A DNA stretch of 60,726 nt, counting the filler, from Nemertoderma westbladi (lineage: Eukaryota; Animalia; Xenacoelomorpha): the NCBI GenBank assembly GCA_032718475.1. It is 4 parts of 4 records of this genome, joined end to end, with 100 filler letters (N's around TTAATTAATTAA, not from the genome) between each part and the next. Parts side by side here need not be neighbours in the genome. Positions count along the whole stretch, not along the records: positions 36,616 to 48,056 come from JAUCBJ010006352.1; positions 48,157 to 60,726 come from JAUCBJ010004374.1; 2 more parts are not named here. The stretch is one strand, 5' to 3'. The notes below the pieces were generated by a model, which did not search any database, was not told the DNA's origin, and worked only from the letters and a program-made list of their open reading frames with translations. Positions 36,616 to 49,522 of this stretch are shown here, one piece after another (within the stretch, counting starts at the first letter, position 1; the number at the start of each line of letters is the position of its first letter). A program made the translations under genes and the position numbers.

Positions 36616-39600
36616 CCCCGCACCGAAGAGGTATTCTAGAGAACACCCACGTACCCCGCACCGAAGAGGTAGTCTAGAGAACACCCACGTACCCCGCACC
36701 GAAGAGGTAGTCTAGAGAACACCCACGTACCCCGCACCGAAGAGGTAGTCTAGAGAACACCCACGTACCCCGCACCGAAGAGGTATTCTAGTGAACACCC
36801 ACGTACCCCGCACCGAAGAGGTATTTTAGAGAACACCCATGTACCCCGCACCGAAGAGGTATTCTAGTGAACACCCACGTACCCCGCACCGAAGAGGTAT
36901 TTTAGAGAACACCCATGTACCCCGCACCGAAGAGGTATTCTAGTGAACACCCACGTACCCCGCACCGAAGAGGTATTCTAGAGAACACCCACGTACCCCG
37001 CACCGAAGAGGTAGTCTAGAGAACACCCACGTACCCCGCACCGAAGAGGTAGTCTAGAGAACACCCACGTACCCCGCACCGAAGAGGTAGTCTAGAGAAC
37101 ACCCACGTACCCCGCACCGAAGAGGTATTCTAGTGAACACCCACGTACCCCGCACCGAAGAGGTATTTTAGAGAACACCCATGTACCCCGCACCGAAGAG
37201 GTATTCTAGTGAACACCCACGTACCCCGCACCGAAGAGGTATTTTAGAGAACACCCATGTACCCCGCACCGAAGAGGTATTCTAGTGAACACCCACGTAC
37301 CCCGCACCGAAGAGGTATTCTAGAGAACACCCATGTACCCCGCACCGAAGAGGTATTCTAGTGAACACCCACGTACCCCGCACCGAAGAGGTATTTTAGA
37401 GAACACCCATGTACCCCGCACCGAAGAGGTATTCTAGTGAACACCCACGTACCCCGCACCGAAGAGGTATTTTAGAGAACACCCATGTACCCCGCACCGA
37501 AGAGGTATTCTAGTGAACACCCACGTACCCCGCACCGAAGAGGTATTCTAGAGAACACCCACGTACCCCGCACCGAAGAGGTAGTCTAGAGAACACCCAC
37601 GTACCCCGCACCGAAGAGGTAGTCTAGAGAACACCCACGTACCCCGCACCGAAGAGGTAGTCTAGAGAACACCCACGTACCCCGCACCGAAGAGGTATTC
37701 TAGTGAACACCCACGTACCCCGCACCGAAGAGGTATTTTAGAGAACACCCATGTACCCCGCACCGAAGAGGTATTCTAGTGAACACCCACGTACCCCGCA
37801 CCGAAGAGGTATTTTAGAGAACACCCATGTACCCCGCACCGAAGAGGTATTCTAGTGAACACCCACGTACCCCGCACCGAAGAGGTATTCTAGAGAACAC
37901 CCACGTACCCGGCACCGAAGAGGTATTCTAGAGAACACCCACGTACCCCGCACCGAAGAGGTAGTCTAGAGAACACTCACGTACCCCGCACCGAAGAGGT
38001 ATTTTAGAGAACACCCACGTACCCCGCACCGAAGAGGTATTCTAGAGAACACCCACGTACCCCGCACCGAAGAGGTATTTTAGTGAACACCCACGTACCC
38101 CGCACCGAAGAGGTAGTCTAGAGAACACCCACGTACCCCGCACCGAAGAGGTATTTTAGAGAACACCCACGTACCCCGCACCGAAGAGGTATTTTAGAGA
38201 ACACCCACGTACCCCGCACCGAAGAGGTATTCTAGAGAACACCCACGTACCCCGCACCAAAGAGGTATTCTAGAGAACACCCACGTACCCCGCACCGAAG
38301 AGGTATTTTAGAGAACACCCACGTACCCCGCACCGAAGAGGTATTCTAGAGAACACCCACGTACCCCGCACCGAAGAGGTAGTCTAGAGAACACCCACGT
38401 ACCCCGCACCGAAGAGGTATTCTAGAGAACACCCACGTACCCCGCACCAAAGAGGTATTCTAGAGAACACCCACGTACCCCGCACCGAAGAGGTATTTTA
38501 GAGAACACCCACGTACCCCGCACCGAAGAGGTATTCTAGAGAACACCCACGTACCCCGCACCGAAGAGGTAGTCTAGAGAACACCCACGTACCCCGCACC
38601 GAAGAGGTATTCTAGAGAACACCCACGTACCCCGCACTGAAGAGGTATTTTAGAGAACACCCACGTACCCCGCACCGAAGAGGTAGTCTAGAGAACACCC
38701 ACGTACCCCGCACCGAAGAGGTAGTCTAGAGAACACCCACGTACCCCGCACCGAAGAGGTATTTTAGAGAACACCCACGTACCCCGCACCGAAGAGGTAG
38801 TCTAGAGAACACCCACGTACCCCGCACCGAAGAGGTATTCTAGAGAACACCCACGTACCCCGCACCGAAGAGGTATTTTAGAGAACACCCAAGTACCCCG
38901 CACCGAAGAGGTATTCTAGAGAACACCCACGTACCCCGCACCAAAGAGGTATTTTAGAGAACACCCACGTACCCCGCACCAAAGAGGTATTCTAGAGAAC
39001 ACCCACGTACCCCGCACCAAAGAGGTATTCTAGAGAACACCCACGTACCCCGCACCGAAGAGGTATTCTAGAGAACACCCACATACCCCGCACCGAAGAG
39101 GTATTCTAGAGAACACCCATGTACCCCGCACCGAAGAGGTATTCTAGAGAACACCCACGTACCCCGCACCGAAGAGGTATTCTAGAGAACACGCACGTAC
39201 CCCGCACCGAAGAGGTATTCTAGAGAACACCCATGTACCCCGCATCGAAGAGGTATTCTAGAGAACACCCACGTTACCCCGCACCGAAGAGGTATTCTAG
39301 AGAACACCCACGTACCCCGCACCGAAGAGGTAGTCTAGAGAACACCCACGTACCCCGCACCGAAGAGGTATTCTAGAGAACACCCACGTACCCCGCACCG
39401 AAGAGGTATTCTAGTGAACACCCACGTACCCCGCACCGAAGAGGTATTCTAGAGAACACCCATGTACCCCGCACCGAAGAGCTAGTCTAGAGAACACCCA
39501 CGTACCCCGCACCGAAGAGGTATTCTAGAGAACACCCACGTACCCCGCACCGAAGAGGTAGTCTAGAGAACACCCACGTACCCCGCACCGAAGAGGTATT

Positions 39601-42600
39601 CTAGAGAACACCCACGTACCCCGCACCGAAGAGGTAGTCTAGAGAACACCCTCGTACCCCGCACCGAAGAGGTATTCTAGTGAACACCCACGTACCCCGC
39701 ACCGAAGAGGTATTCTAGAGAACACCCACGTACCCCGCACCGAAGAGGTAGTCTAGAGAACACTCACGTACCCCGCACCGAAGAGGTATTCTAGTGAACA
39801 CCCACGTACCCCGCACCGAAGAGGTATTCTAGAGAACACCCACGTACCCCGCACCGAAGAGGTAGTCTAGAGAACACTCACGTACCCCGCACCGAAGAGG
39901 TATTCTAGAGAACACCCATGTACCCCGCACTGAAGAGGTATTCTAGAGAACACCCATGTACCCCGCACTGAAGAGGTAGTCTAGAGAACACCCACGTACC
40001 CCGCACCGAAGAGGTATTCTAGAGAACACCCACGTACCCCACACCGAAGAGGTATTCTAGAGAACACCCAAGTACCCCGCACCGAAGAGGTATTCTAGTG
40101 AACACCCACGTACCCCGCACCGAAGAGGTATTCTAGAGAACACCCACATACCCCGCACCGAAGAGGTATTCTAGAGAACACCCATGTACCACGCACCGAA
40201 GAGGTATTCTAGAGAACACCCACGTACCCCGCACCGATGAGGTATTCTAGAGAACACCCACGTACCCCGCACCGATGAGGTATTCGAGAGAACAGCCACG
40301 TACCCCGCACCGAAGAGGTATTCTAGAGAACACCCACGTACCCCGCATCGAAGAGGTATTCTAGAGAACACCCACGTACCCCGCACCGAAGAGGTATTCT
40401 AGAGAACACCCACGTACCCCGCACCGAAGAGGTATTCTAGAGAACACCCACGTACCCCGCACCGAAGAGGTATTCTAGAGAACACCCACGTACCCCGCAC
40501 CGAAGAGGTATTCTAGAGAACACCCACGTACCCCGCACCGAAGAGGTAGTCTAGAGAACACCCACGTACCCCGCACCGAAGAGGTATTCTAGAGAACACC
40601 CACGTACCCCGCACCGAAGAGGTAGTCTAGAGAACACCCACGTACCCCGCACCGAAGAGGTATTCTAGAGAACACCCACGTACCCCGCACCGAAGAGGTA
40701 GTCTAGAGAACACCCACGTACCCCGCACCGAAGAGGTATTCTAGAGAACACCCACGTACCCCGCACCGAAGAGGTAGTCTAGAGAACACCCACGTACCCC
40801 GCACCGAAGTGGTATTCTAGTGAACACCCACGTACCCCGCACCGAAGAGGTATTCTAGAGAACACCCACGTACCCCGCACCGAAGAGGTAGTCTAGAGAA
40901 CACTCACGTACCCCGCACCGAAGAGGTATTCTAGTGAACACCCACGTACCCCGCACCGAAGAGGTATTCTAGAGAACACCCACGTACCCCGCACCGAAGA
41001 GGTAGTCTAGAGAACACTCACGTACCCCGCACCGAAGAGGTATTCTAGAGAACACCCACGTACCCCGCACTGAAGAGGTATTCTAGAGAACACCCATGTA
41101 CCCCGCACTGAAGAGGTAGTCTAGAGAACACCCACGTACCCCGCACCGAAGAGGTATTCTAGAGAACACCCACGTACCCCGCACCGAAGAGGTATTCTAG
41201 AGAACACCCAAGTACCCCGCACCGAAGAGGTATTCTAGTGAACACCCACGTACCCCGCACCGAAGAGGTATTCTAGAGAACACCCACATACCCCGCACCA
41301 AAGAGGTATTCTAGAGAACACCCACGTACCCCGCACCGAAGAGGTAGTCTAGAGAACACCCATGTACCCCGCACCGAAGAGGTATTCTAGAGAACACCCA
41401 CATACCCCGCACCGAAGAGGTAGTCTAGAGAACACCCACGTACCCCGCATCGAAGAGGTATTCTAGAGAACACCCACGTACCCCGCACCGAAGAGGTATT
41501 CTAGAGAACACGCACGTACCCCGCACCGAAGAGGTATTCTAGAGAACACCCACGTACCCCGCATCGAAGAGGTATTCTAGAGAACACCCACGTTACCCCG
41601 CACCGAAGAGGTATTCTAGAGAACACCCACGTACCCCGCATCGAAGAGGTAGTCTAGAGAACACCCACGTACCCCGCACCGAAGAGGTATTCTAGAGAAC
41701 ACCCACGTACCCCGCACCGAAGAGGTATTCTAGTGAACACCCACGTACCCCGCACCGAAGAGGTATTCTAGAGAACACCCATGTACCCCGCACCGAAGAG
41801 CTAGTCTAGAGAACACCCACGTACCCCGCACCGAAGAGGTATTCTAGAGAACACCCACGTACCCCGCACCGAAGAGGTAGTCTAGAGAACACCCACGTAC
41901 CCCGCACCGAAGAGGTATTCTAGAGAACACCCACGTACCCCGCACCAAAGAGGTAGTCTAGAGAACACCCACGTACCCCACACCGAAGAGGTATTCTAGA
42001 GAACACCCACGTACCCCGCACCGAAGAGGTATTCTAGAGAACACCCACGTACCCCGCACCAAAGAGGTATTCTAGTGAACACCCACGTACCCCGCACCGA
42101 AGAGGTATTCTAGAGAACACCCACGTACCCCGCACCGAAGAGGTATTCTAGAGAACACCCACGCACCCCGCACCGAAGAGCTAGTCTAGAGAACACCCAC
42201 GTACCCCGCACCGAAGAGGTATTCTAGTGAACACCCACGTACCCCGCACCGAAGAGATAGTCTAGAGAACACCCACGTACCCCGCACCGAAGAGGTAGTC
42301 TAGAGAACACCCACGTACCCCGCACCGAAGAGGTATTTTAGAGAACACCCACGTACCCCGCACCGAAGAGGTATTCTAGAGAACACCCACGTTACCCCGC
42401 ACCGAAGAGGTATTCTAGAGAACACCCACGTACCCCGCACCGAAGAGGTATTCTAGAGAACACCCACGTACCCCGCACCGAAGAGGTAGTCTAGAGAACA
42501 CCCACGTACCCCGCACCGAAGAGGTATTCTAGAGAACACCCACGTACCCCGCACCGAAGAGGTATTCTAGAGAACACCCACGTACCCCGCACCGAAGAGG

Positions 42601-43447
42601 TAGTCTAGAGAACACCCACGTACCCCGCACCGAAGAGGTATTCTAGAGAACACCCACGTACCCCGCACCGAAGAGGTATTCTAGAGAACACCCACGTACC
42701 CCGCACCGAAGAGGTATTCTAGAGAACACCCACGTACCCCGCACCGAAGAGGTATTCTAGAGAACACCCACGTACCCCGCACCGAAGAGGTATTCTAGAG
42801 AACACCCACGTACCCCGCACCGAAGAGGTATTCTAGAGAACACCCACGTACCCCGCACCGAAGAGGTATTCTAGAGAACACCCACGTACCCCGCACCGAA
42901 GAGGTATTTTAGAGAACACCCACGTACCCCGCACCGGAGAGGTAGTCTAGAGAACACCCACGTACCCCGCACCAAAGAGGTATTCTAGAGAACACCCACG
43001 TACCCCGCACCGAAGAGGTATTCTAGTGAACACCCACGTACCCCGCACCGAAGAGGTATTTTAGAGAACACCCACGTACCCCGCACCGGAGAGGTAGTCT
43101 AGAGAACACCCACGTACCCCGCACCGAAGAGGTATTCTAGAGAACACCCACGTACCCCGCACCGAAGAGGTATTTTAGAGAACACCCACGTACCCCGCAC
43201 CGGAGAGGTAGTCTAGAGAACACCCACGTACCCCGCACCAAAGAGGTATTCTAGAGAACACCCACGTACCCCGCACCGAAGAGGTATTCTAGAGAACACC
43301 CACGTACCCCGCACCGAAGAGGTATTCTAGAGAACACCCACGTACCCCGCACCGAAGAGGTATTTTAGAGAACACCCACGTACCCCGCACCGAAGAGGTA
43401 TTCTAGAGAACACTCATGTACCCCGCACTGAAGAGGTATTCTAGTGA
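36616..43447. repeat. Satellite array, 38-bp unit, about 180 copies
   Basis: Head-to-tail CCCCGCACCGAAGAGGTATTCTAGAGAACACCCACGTA with no unique spacers; an XbaI site in most units. Confidence 0.99.
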
Positions 43448-43621
43448 CATATTCCATCCCATTCATTTCTATAATAGCGTTAGATTTTGAATAGTAATCG
43501 TGTAGACACAACAATACGGACCTATCCAGGTTTGTAGCAGCCAATTTATCGAAGAGTTTCCTGTTGGAGACCGTGTCGAATGCGCTAGAAGCCAGCGAGA
43601 TAACATATACATTAGAGACAT

Positions 43622-46205
43622 TATTATTATTTTTTTTTTTCCCTCGTAGTCACTTTTATGTATATTAATCAAATTTTAGCAAATTAAACAAAATTAACCA
43701 AAATTAACAACAATCAATTAATTAATTACAACTATTTAATGCAATCCCAGCCTCGGCTACAGCCGCGCTCACGCCGGTCTCTTGCATCGTCTGTCTCGTT
43801 GCCAGGCTAGCCTTCGGCATCCGTGCGCCCCGGAGGCACATGATGGAGGAACGGAGGAGGGCGAAACTCAACCGAGTCCTGATGAGGGAGAGAGTCTCCG
43901 AGTAGGGACCCAGTGAAAAATGCGCATGCGTATCGCAAGTGATTTGAATGCGTCATGCGTTTTTATTGCGGCTCAATAAATAGCGATAAAACTCTTGTGA
44001 TTCGCATGCGATTCACAACTTATTTTACGCATGTCATTCCATGCATGAAAATCGCATGGGAATCACACCTCATTTAACGCTTATTTTACGCATGTTTTAC
44101 ACCATGAGAATCTCATGCGTTAATTCCCATGTGAATCACATGTTTTAAATACACTCAAGATTATTAATTAAAAAAAAAATTGCTTATCAAGAAATAAATA
44201 GATTTAAAATATAAAATTGATGAATATGAATTATCTAATATGGCTGTCGAATTCAGTGATTATATTAATATATTTTATAGAATTGAAAATTATAGGGAAT
44301 AGTTAAAAGTGTATCATGGTTGTTCTAATCTATTTGTATTATCCTGTATATAACCAACCATTTCTAGTATTGATTCATACAGGATGTCTAATGTTCTATG
44401 TCTAGAGAGTGTAATGTAATGTAATGTAATGTAATGTAATGTAATGTAATGTAATGTAATGTAATGTAATGTAAGGTAAGGTAAGTACAGTAGGCAGATG
44501 ATATGGAAGCGCATAGTATCAAACAGTATTGGAATAATCAACTACTGTATCATATTTTCTATCACAAGGTCTCAATATATTACACAAAAATCACAACCAG
44601 TAGATTTTTGTGATATTTATGGCTCATGACGCTTGAAAGTCGCAAGTGAATCGCATGTGAGTTTTATGCGACTGAACGCAAGTTGTTGCGATGTTTATGC
44701 GACTTAATTGCGATATCTCTGCAACTTAACGCAAGTAGGTCGCTTGCGTAAAGGTCGGGCCATAACTCTTGGGAATCACATCAGATACGCCTACGTTGCT
44801 CGCTTGCGATACGCTTGCGCACTTTTCACTGGGGAGCGTCCCGTTTCGCCGACAGTAGGAGCGCGATGCGTGTGAGGAGCGCGTGGGCTGAGCGGCTGGC
44901 CCCACCAGTTGTAGTTTAGTTTACAAAAGGCGAGATGCCGGCGTGCTCGACATCATTGATTCTCTCCTCGTACTTCCTCCGTTTCTCTCGCTCATGTTTG
45001 CTGTAAGCAGCATCCATGGAGCGAGGATTGGAGGAGCACAGAGGATTGAATACCTTGACGTCGATATACACCCGCTCAAAACGCCCACCCCACAGCCCAC
45101 TCACTCGCCGCAACGTCCAGACGGGCCTCCGGGTCTACCATAGCAGATCTCAGGCGGAATGACTCGCCCTCGATCGGCTGGAGATGGGGTTCCACCTCGA
45201 CGTCGTGTGCAACCTCGCTGAGGAGCTCGGCGAGGAAATCGCGGACCTCGTTGTGCCGCAGGATCGGGTAGGCTCCCATAGGGCAGTGAAGGGAGTGGGA
45301 GATGGTGAATACAGCACCGCAGGAGCAGTTGGCGGGCAGCCTCGGGGGCTCCCACCCAAATCGCAGACACAACGTATCCCGGAAGGCGGATTTGTGTTGG
45401 GAAAAGTTGTATCTGGAAATGGGTAGGACCGAGAGCCATGCCGACACCCCACGCTCCTTCGCCGATGTCCGATGGTAGAGGGCGTCTCCGGACAGTTGAG
45501 CATCAACCGCCACACATCGAGTCTTCACAGTATCATCCTGCTCCTTGCGGATCTCACGCAGGATGGTCTGCTGTGTTGTACGAGCGGCTGGGTCCGAACA
45601 CCGTAGGGGCTCGCAGAGTCGCAACGCCTTCTCGTAGCTTTCCACCTCATCCTGAGGTTGATTTATTGCTAGCCCCCCCCCCCCCCCCCTCCCTCACAGG
45701 GAGTGCCAGCAGCTGTCGTTCCGAAAGGCCGGGTGGGTATCTGCCAGTGAGTGTCGGGATGACTGTGCTGGAGAGCGTTTCCTCAACTCGATCCAAGTGA
45801 CCAATTAACCTGGGTGTGGTGCGAGCCAAGAAGTTTACCTTCGGCTGTAAGCCACGGACCAGGCATCCGTATGCGGGGTGGGGAGCAGTCACTGCGAAAT
45901 CATTGAGGTGTTTTAGTTGGCGACAGATGACGTCAACTCGCTTCTCCAGATACCCAGCACAGTAGGATGTGGACCCTATTACGGACCCCAGGACTCGATG
46001 ACCGTCGACCACTTCAACAGGGAGGCCAGAGAACATCGCGTTGGCCTCTTCGCGCTTTGAGTTCTTCACAATAAGAAATGCCTTTGTGGGGTAATATCTA
46101 TAGCCAGGCCCGATGGTAGCCGCTTCCTCTCAATAGTCACGTAGCATTCCGAGGTTACCAGCAGCGCTGCCATCATCCGCATACCACTTGTGGATACCTG
46201 GTCTT
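43622..46205 (-). mobile_element. 5'-truncated CRE-like non-LTR retrotransposon (RT + CCHC + restriction-like endonuclease)
   Basis: WYADDG, LPVREGG, SAWLSVLP, CSCG..HSLHC, RHNEVRD, ARLDV, IDVKV, HEREKRRKY, and RLSFALLRSSIMCLRGAR beyond the MITE; A-rich tail near 43630. Confidence 0.9.
43909..44833. mobile_element. EnSpm/CMC-like MITE inserted in the CRE endonuclease region; contains (GTAAT)n at ~44411-44473
   Basis: TIR CCCAGTGAAAA.TGCGCA.GCGTATCGCAAG with 2-bp TSD GA; removing it restores KRDAPYSE in frame. Confidence 0.88.
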
Positions 46206-47234
46206 GTGCTTAAAACGTGGTTAAGTATGTGGAATATTTTGATTCGCAGAACTATGCAGAATCTCCATAAGTTATTTAATCCGATTAACTGATACATCGG
46301 AAGCTGTTTCCATCTCTTGAGAAACTTTGGTTTTGGCAGAAGGCAGTATTCCCTTGATCACATAATCTTTGTAATTATCTAACTGATATTTTGTAACCTT
46401 GTTGAACATTATTATAAATATAATTATTATCGGTAATTAAAACATAATAATATCAGAGGAAGCCAGGTAGTAGAAATATATAAAATATACAAAAGCTATG
46501 AAAGACTCGGTATTACTACACCTAATCGATCATATTCTCCTAAGGGGCCACATCCATAAATTACGTATCGCCAACTTGCGACTTTTTTTTTAACCCCCCC
46601 CCCCCCCCCCCATTGCGTATGCCAACACAATATAGTACAATATTGTTCACCTATTATAATGTATAATTTATATAATAATTTAAGACACAAATAATACAAT
46701 TTAATAAAACAATTACATGATTGAATACAGTAATAATATAAATTAATACAATAATATAACGAGACCAATAAATAAGGTTGTGTCACAACCGTTATGGCCA
46801 TTATAAGAATTTTAAAGCACATAGAGTGCAGTTCGTTTTTGTGATTACTGATTACTTATTATTATATTTATGTAAACTGCACTCGCTGCGCTCGTTCGGT
46901 ACATAAATACACTCGGGTCATAACAACGCTGAAAAGTGCTACTTTTAACACAATGATATAAAGAGTTATTCGTCGTTATAAGAAAGTTAATTAGTTTTCC
47001 TTGGGATTGTTTTTATCACGTTTATCTGGGCCATCATGGCGTCCTACACGTATTTCATTTTATATTTTCTACAACACCTGTACAAAATTACTACAGTTTG
47101 AATGTTCTAGAACGTTAGATAGTGTCAAATGTTGGCTATAACAAATCAATAATATTTGGCCTGTAAAGAGATATGAAGTTTCGCACGCTAAATACACCAC
47201 GCCCAATTTTAAGCTACAAGCGTTTCTAAAAGGT

Positions 47235-47797
47235 GCGTACATGGTGACCCGTGAGTGTCACACAAAATACAAATTAAATTAAAATTAAATTACATTAAAT
47301 ACGAAAAATTTAAAAAATTTATTTTAATAAATTTCATAAAAGAAAAAAAATAAATAAAAAATAATTAAAGAAATTCATATAAAAAATATTTATATTCTTA
47401 AAATAAATTGTTACTTTTTCGTTCGAATATGCCCCAAAATCGGGTGTTAAGTTTCACTTTTTCCAAGGGAAAAAAGTAACAAAAAGTAGGATGGCATTGA
47501 TTTTACTTCTCCCGGCGAAAAAAGTAAAATAAAATATTTTTGGTGTAACTTCTTACTAACCTCGTTGACGCTGTCGCTGGTAAATAAAATGCCTCGAGAA
47601 TAGTGAAATAGGTTATACTTTTTCTTTCACATGTAATAAATAATTATTTTTATTTTTTTTATTTATTATTTTTTTATTTTTATGAAATTTTTTAAAATAA
47701 ATTTAATCTAATCTACTGTAATTTAATTTTATTAGTTTTTTTAATTTAATATGTATTTTTGTGTGATACTCATGGGCCGGGCCACCCACCGTACACC
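47235..47797. mobile_element. AT-rich fold-back element
   Basis: CCCGTGAGTGTCACACAAAATAA-like arm with A-rich extension, versus T-rich arm ending GTATTTTTGTGTGATACTCATGGG; outer motifs may extend it to ~47100-48035. Confidence 0.65.
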
Positions 47798-48056
47798 AGT
47801 TACACCCCAGGTATTCTACAACTTTAGAGTGATTTGTTATTATTGACGGAAAGCTGGCCGTGCGTTACCGTTGCCACGGGTTACAAATATGTAAAAACAT
47901 TTTAATTCGATAGATAAATTACTGAGTTATGAGCAATCGAAAGTTCATGGTTTTGATTGAACGTGATGTTATTTACACAATATTCTGGAACATTTTGTGT
48001 ATTCAAAAATAAAAACTCGTCGACTGGAACATTTTGAAATACATTGCAATGACAAT

Positions 48057-48156
48057 NNNNNNNNNNNNNNNNNNNNNNNNNNNNNNNNNNNNNNNNNNNN
48101 TTAATTAATTAANNNNNNNNNNNNNNNNNNNNNNNNNNNNNNNNNNNNNNNNNNNN
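48057..48156. other. Assembly gap with artificial linker
   Basis: N44-TTAATTAATTAA-N44. Confidence 0.98.
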
Positions 48157-48232
48157 AAACCACGCGGATTCAGATCTTGAGGATGTACGTGAGGAATATG
48201 ATGTATTACCGGTATCCGACGCAGAGGGTGCA

Positions 48233-49522
48233 ATGGAAGACTGTGTTAATGGACTCGATAATGACAGATACTCTTCCACTCGCATCTCGTTAAGGCAACG
48301 CACTGTGGGAAACCGAATCGAACAACATTCCCCGGCAGTCTCAGAGCAAGTTCCCATAAAACCGCACTCGCAATCCATTTCCTCCCCAACAGTTGGAAAT
48401 TCAGCTGCGGCAGCGCCAACTACCGGTACTATACCGAAATCTAACTGTGGGAAAGGTATGGCGGCACACAAAATACCCCCCGCTAAAGGTAACGGTAGGA
48501 AGCCTGCATCAAAATCCGCCCCCAAGGGAAAACGAGATGCAGAAACCTGCCAACAGTGTAACCGTGTTCCTGACGCTTTTGGTGGGAAATGGGTAGGTTG
48601 TGTTGGCTGTAACACTTTCTGGGTGTGCTATGAATGCGCATTCAAGACACTTCCAGCCGATAAATCTATGAGTGCCAACGCTTTTTTCGAACATGTTTCT
48701 AATATCATTGGCTACAACCCGTGGTGTTTCACCTGCGAGCCTTGTTATAATAAACTCAAGCAAGGTAAAAAACAGCGAGGTTCTGCCGGTACATCCACAA
48801 CCATTAAGGAGGATGGTAGCGGTAGCATTAGCAAGACAATGGTGGATCTCTGTCAGAAAATTGATGATCAGTCCAAATTAATTCGGGATTTATCTTCCTC
48901 CCTCGGACTGCCGTCGAAGGGGAGCTATGCGGCGGTGGCTGCAGGAAAGCGGACAAATACTGAGGTCAAAAATGCCACGCCCCTTTCCGAGGTCGTGCAA
49001 TCGTCGGTAAAGGAAGCTCTGCGTTCTGAAGAAACGAAGAAACACACGATTATTGCTAATCTGGGTGATGACAATGGCGCGGCTGGTGACAGAGCAGCTT
49101 TGGTCTCGCTATGTACAGAGATCGGGGCTAATTTCGACACTGTTACTGGCATTAGTCGTTTAGGTAAAGTATCATCCGCCGGGATGACAGGTAATCGAGT
49201 TCGGCTGCTTCAAGTCATCTTCTCTTCGGAACGGGAATCTCGTATCTTCCGGGAGCTTTTTGTTGCAGCGAGGAAGAACAAGTTGCTAAGCACGTCTTTC
49301 TTGGGTACAACGGTTCGCGCTAGTCTTTCAAATGAAGCTCGAAAGCAACTCAGTGAGAGACGCCGAACTGTCTACGAGTGGAATGAGGAGTTAAATAAAG
49401 GAGGGACAGAGAATGTTGCGAGTTTTAGTCTTCGCAATGATGGCGCTATTTGGAAATTCGTAAAACGAGATGATGGCCACTGGGTGAGGGACAGTACCTG
49501 GCAGCAACAGGGAAACGAGTAG
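48233..49522 (+). CDS. CR1-type LINE ORF1 protein (PHD-like finger, coiled coil, RRM-like C-terminus); true start may lie in the gap
   Basis: CQQC..WVGCVGC..WVCYEC..WCFTCEPC, SYAAVAA, RLGK..RVRLLQV; uninterrupted 429 codons directly upstream of an APE ORF. Confidence 0.85.
   Translation: MEDCVNGLDNDRYSSTRISLRQRTVGNRIEQHSPAVSEQVPIKPHSQSISSPTVGNSAAAAPTTGTIPKSNCGKGMAAHKIPPAKGNGRKPASKSAPKGKRDAETCQQCNRVPDAFGGKWVGCVGCNTFWVCYECAFKTLPADKSMSANAFFEHVSNIIGYNPWCFTCEPCYNKLKQGKKQRGSAGTSTTIKEDGSGSISKTMVDLCQKIDDQSKLIRDLSSSLGLPSKGSYAAVAAGKRTNTEVKNATPLSEVVQSSVKEALRSEETKKHTIIANLGDDNGAAGDRAALVSLCTEIGANFDTVTGISRLGKVSSAGMTGNRVRLLQVIFSSERESRIFRELFVAARKNKLLSTSFLGTTVRASLSNEARKQLSERRRTVYEWNEELNKGGTENVASFSLRNDGAIWKFVKRDDGHWVRDSTWQQQGNE

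Noticed and set aside
36616-43447. CRISPR-like array (38-bp repeats)
   Set aside because: Units are contiguous with no unique spacers, there are no cas genes, and the context is eukaryotic.
43861-43905. Hammerhead-ribozyme-like GAAAC..GTC-CTGATGA
   Set aside because: No stem I between the UC and CUGAUGA, no GAAA after the putative stem II, and the bases are the antisense of conserved CRE coding sequence (LIRTRLSFAL).
44314-44541. ORF with YITLH repeats
   Set aside because: Translation of the (GTAAT)n microsatellite inside a MITE.
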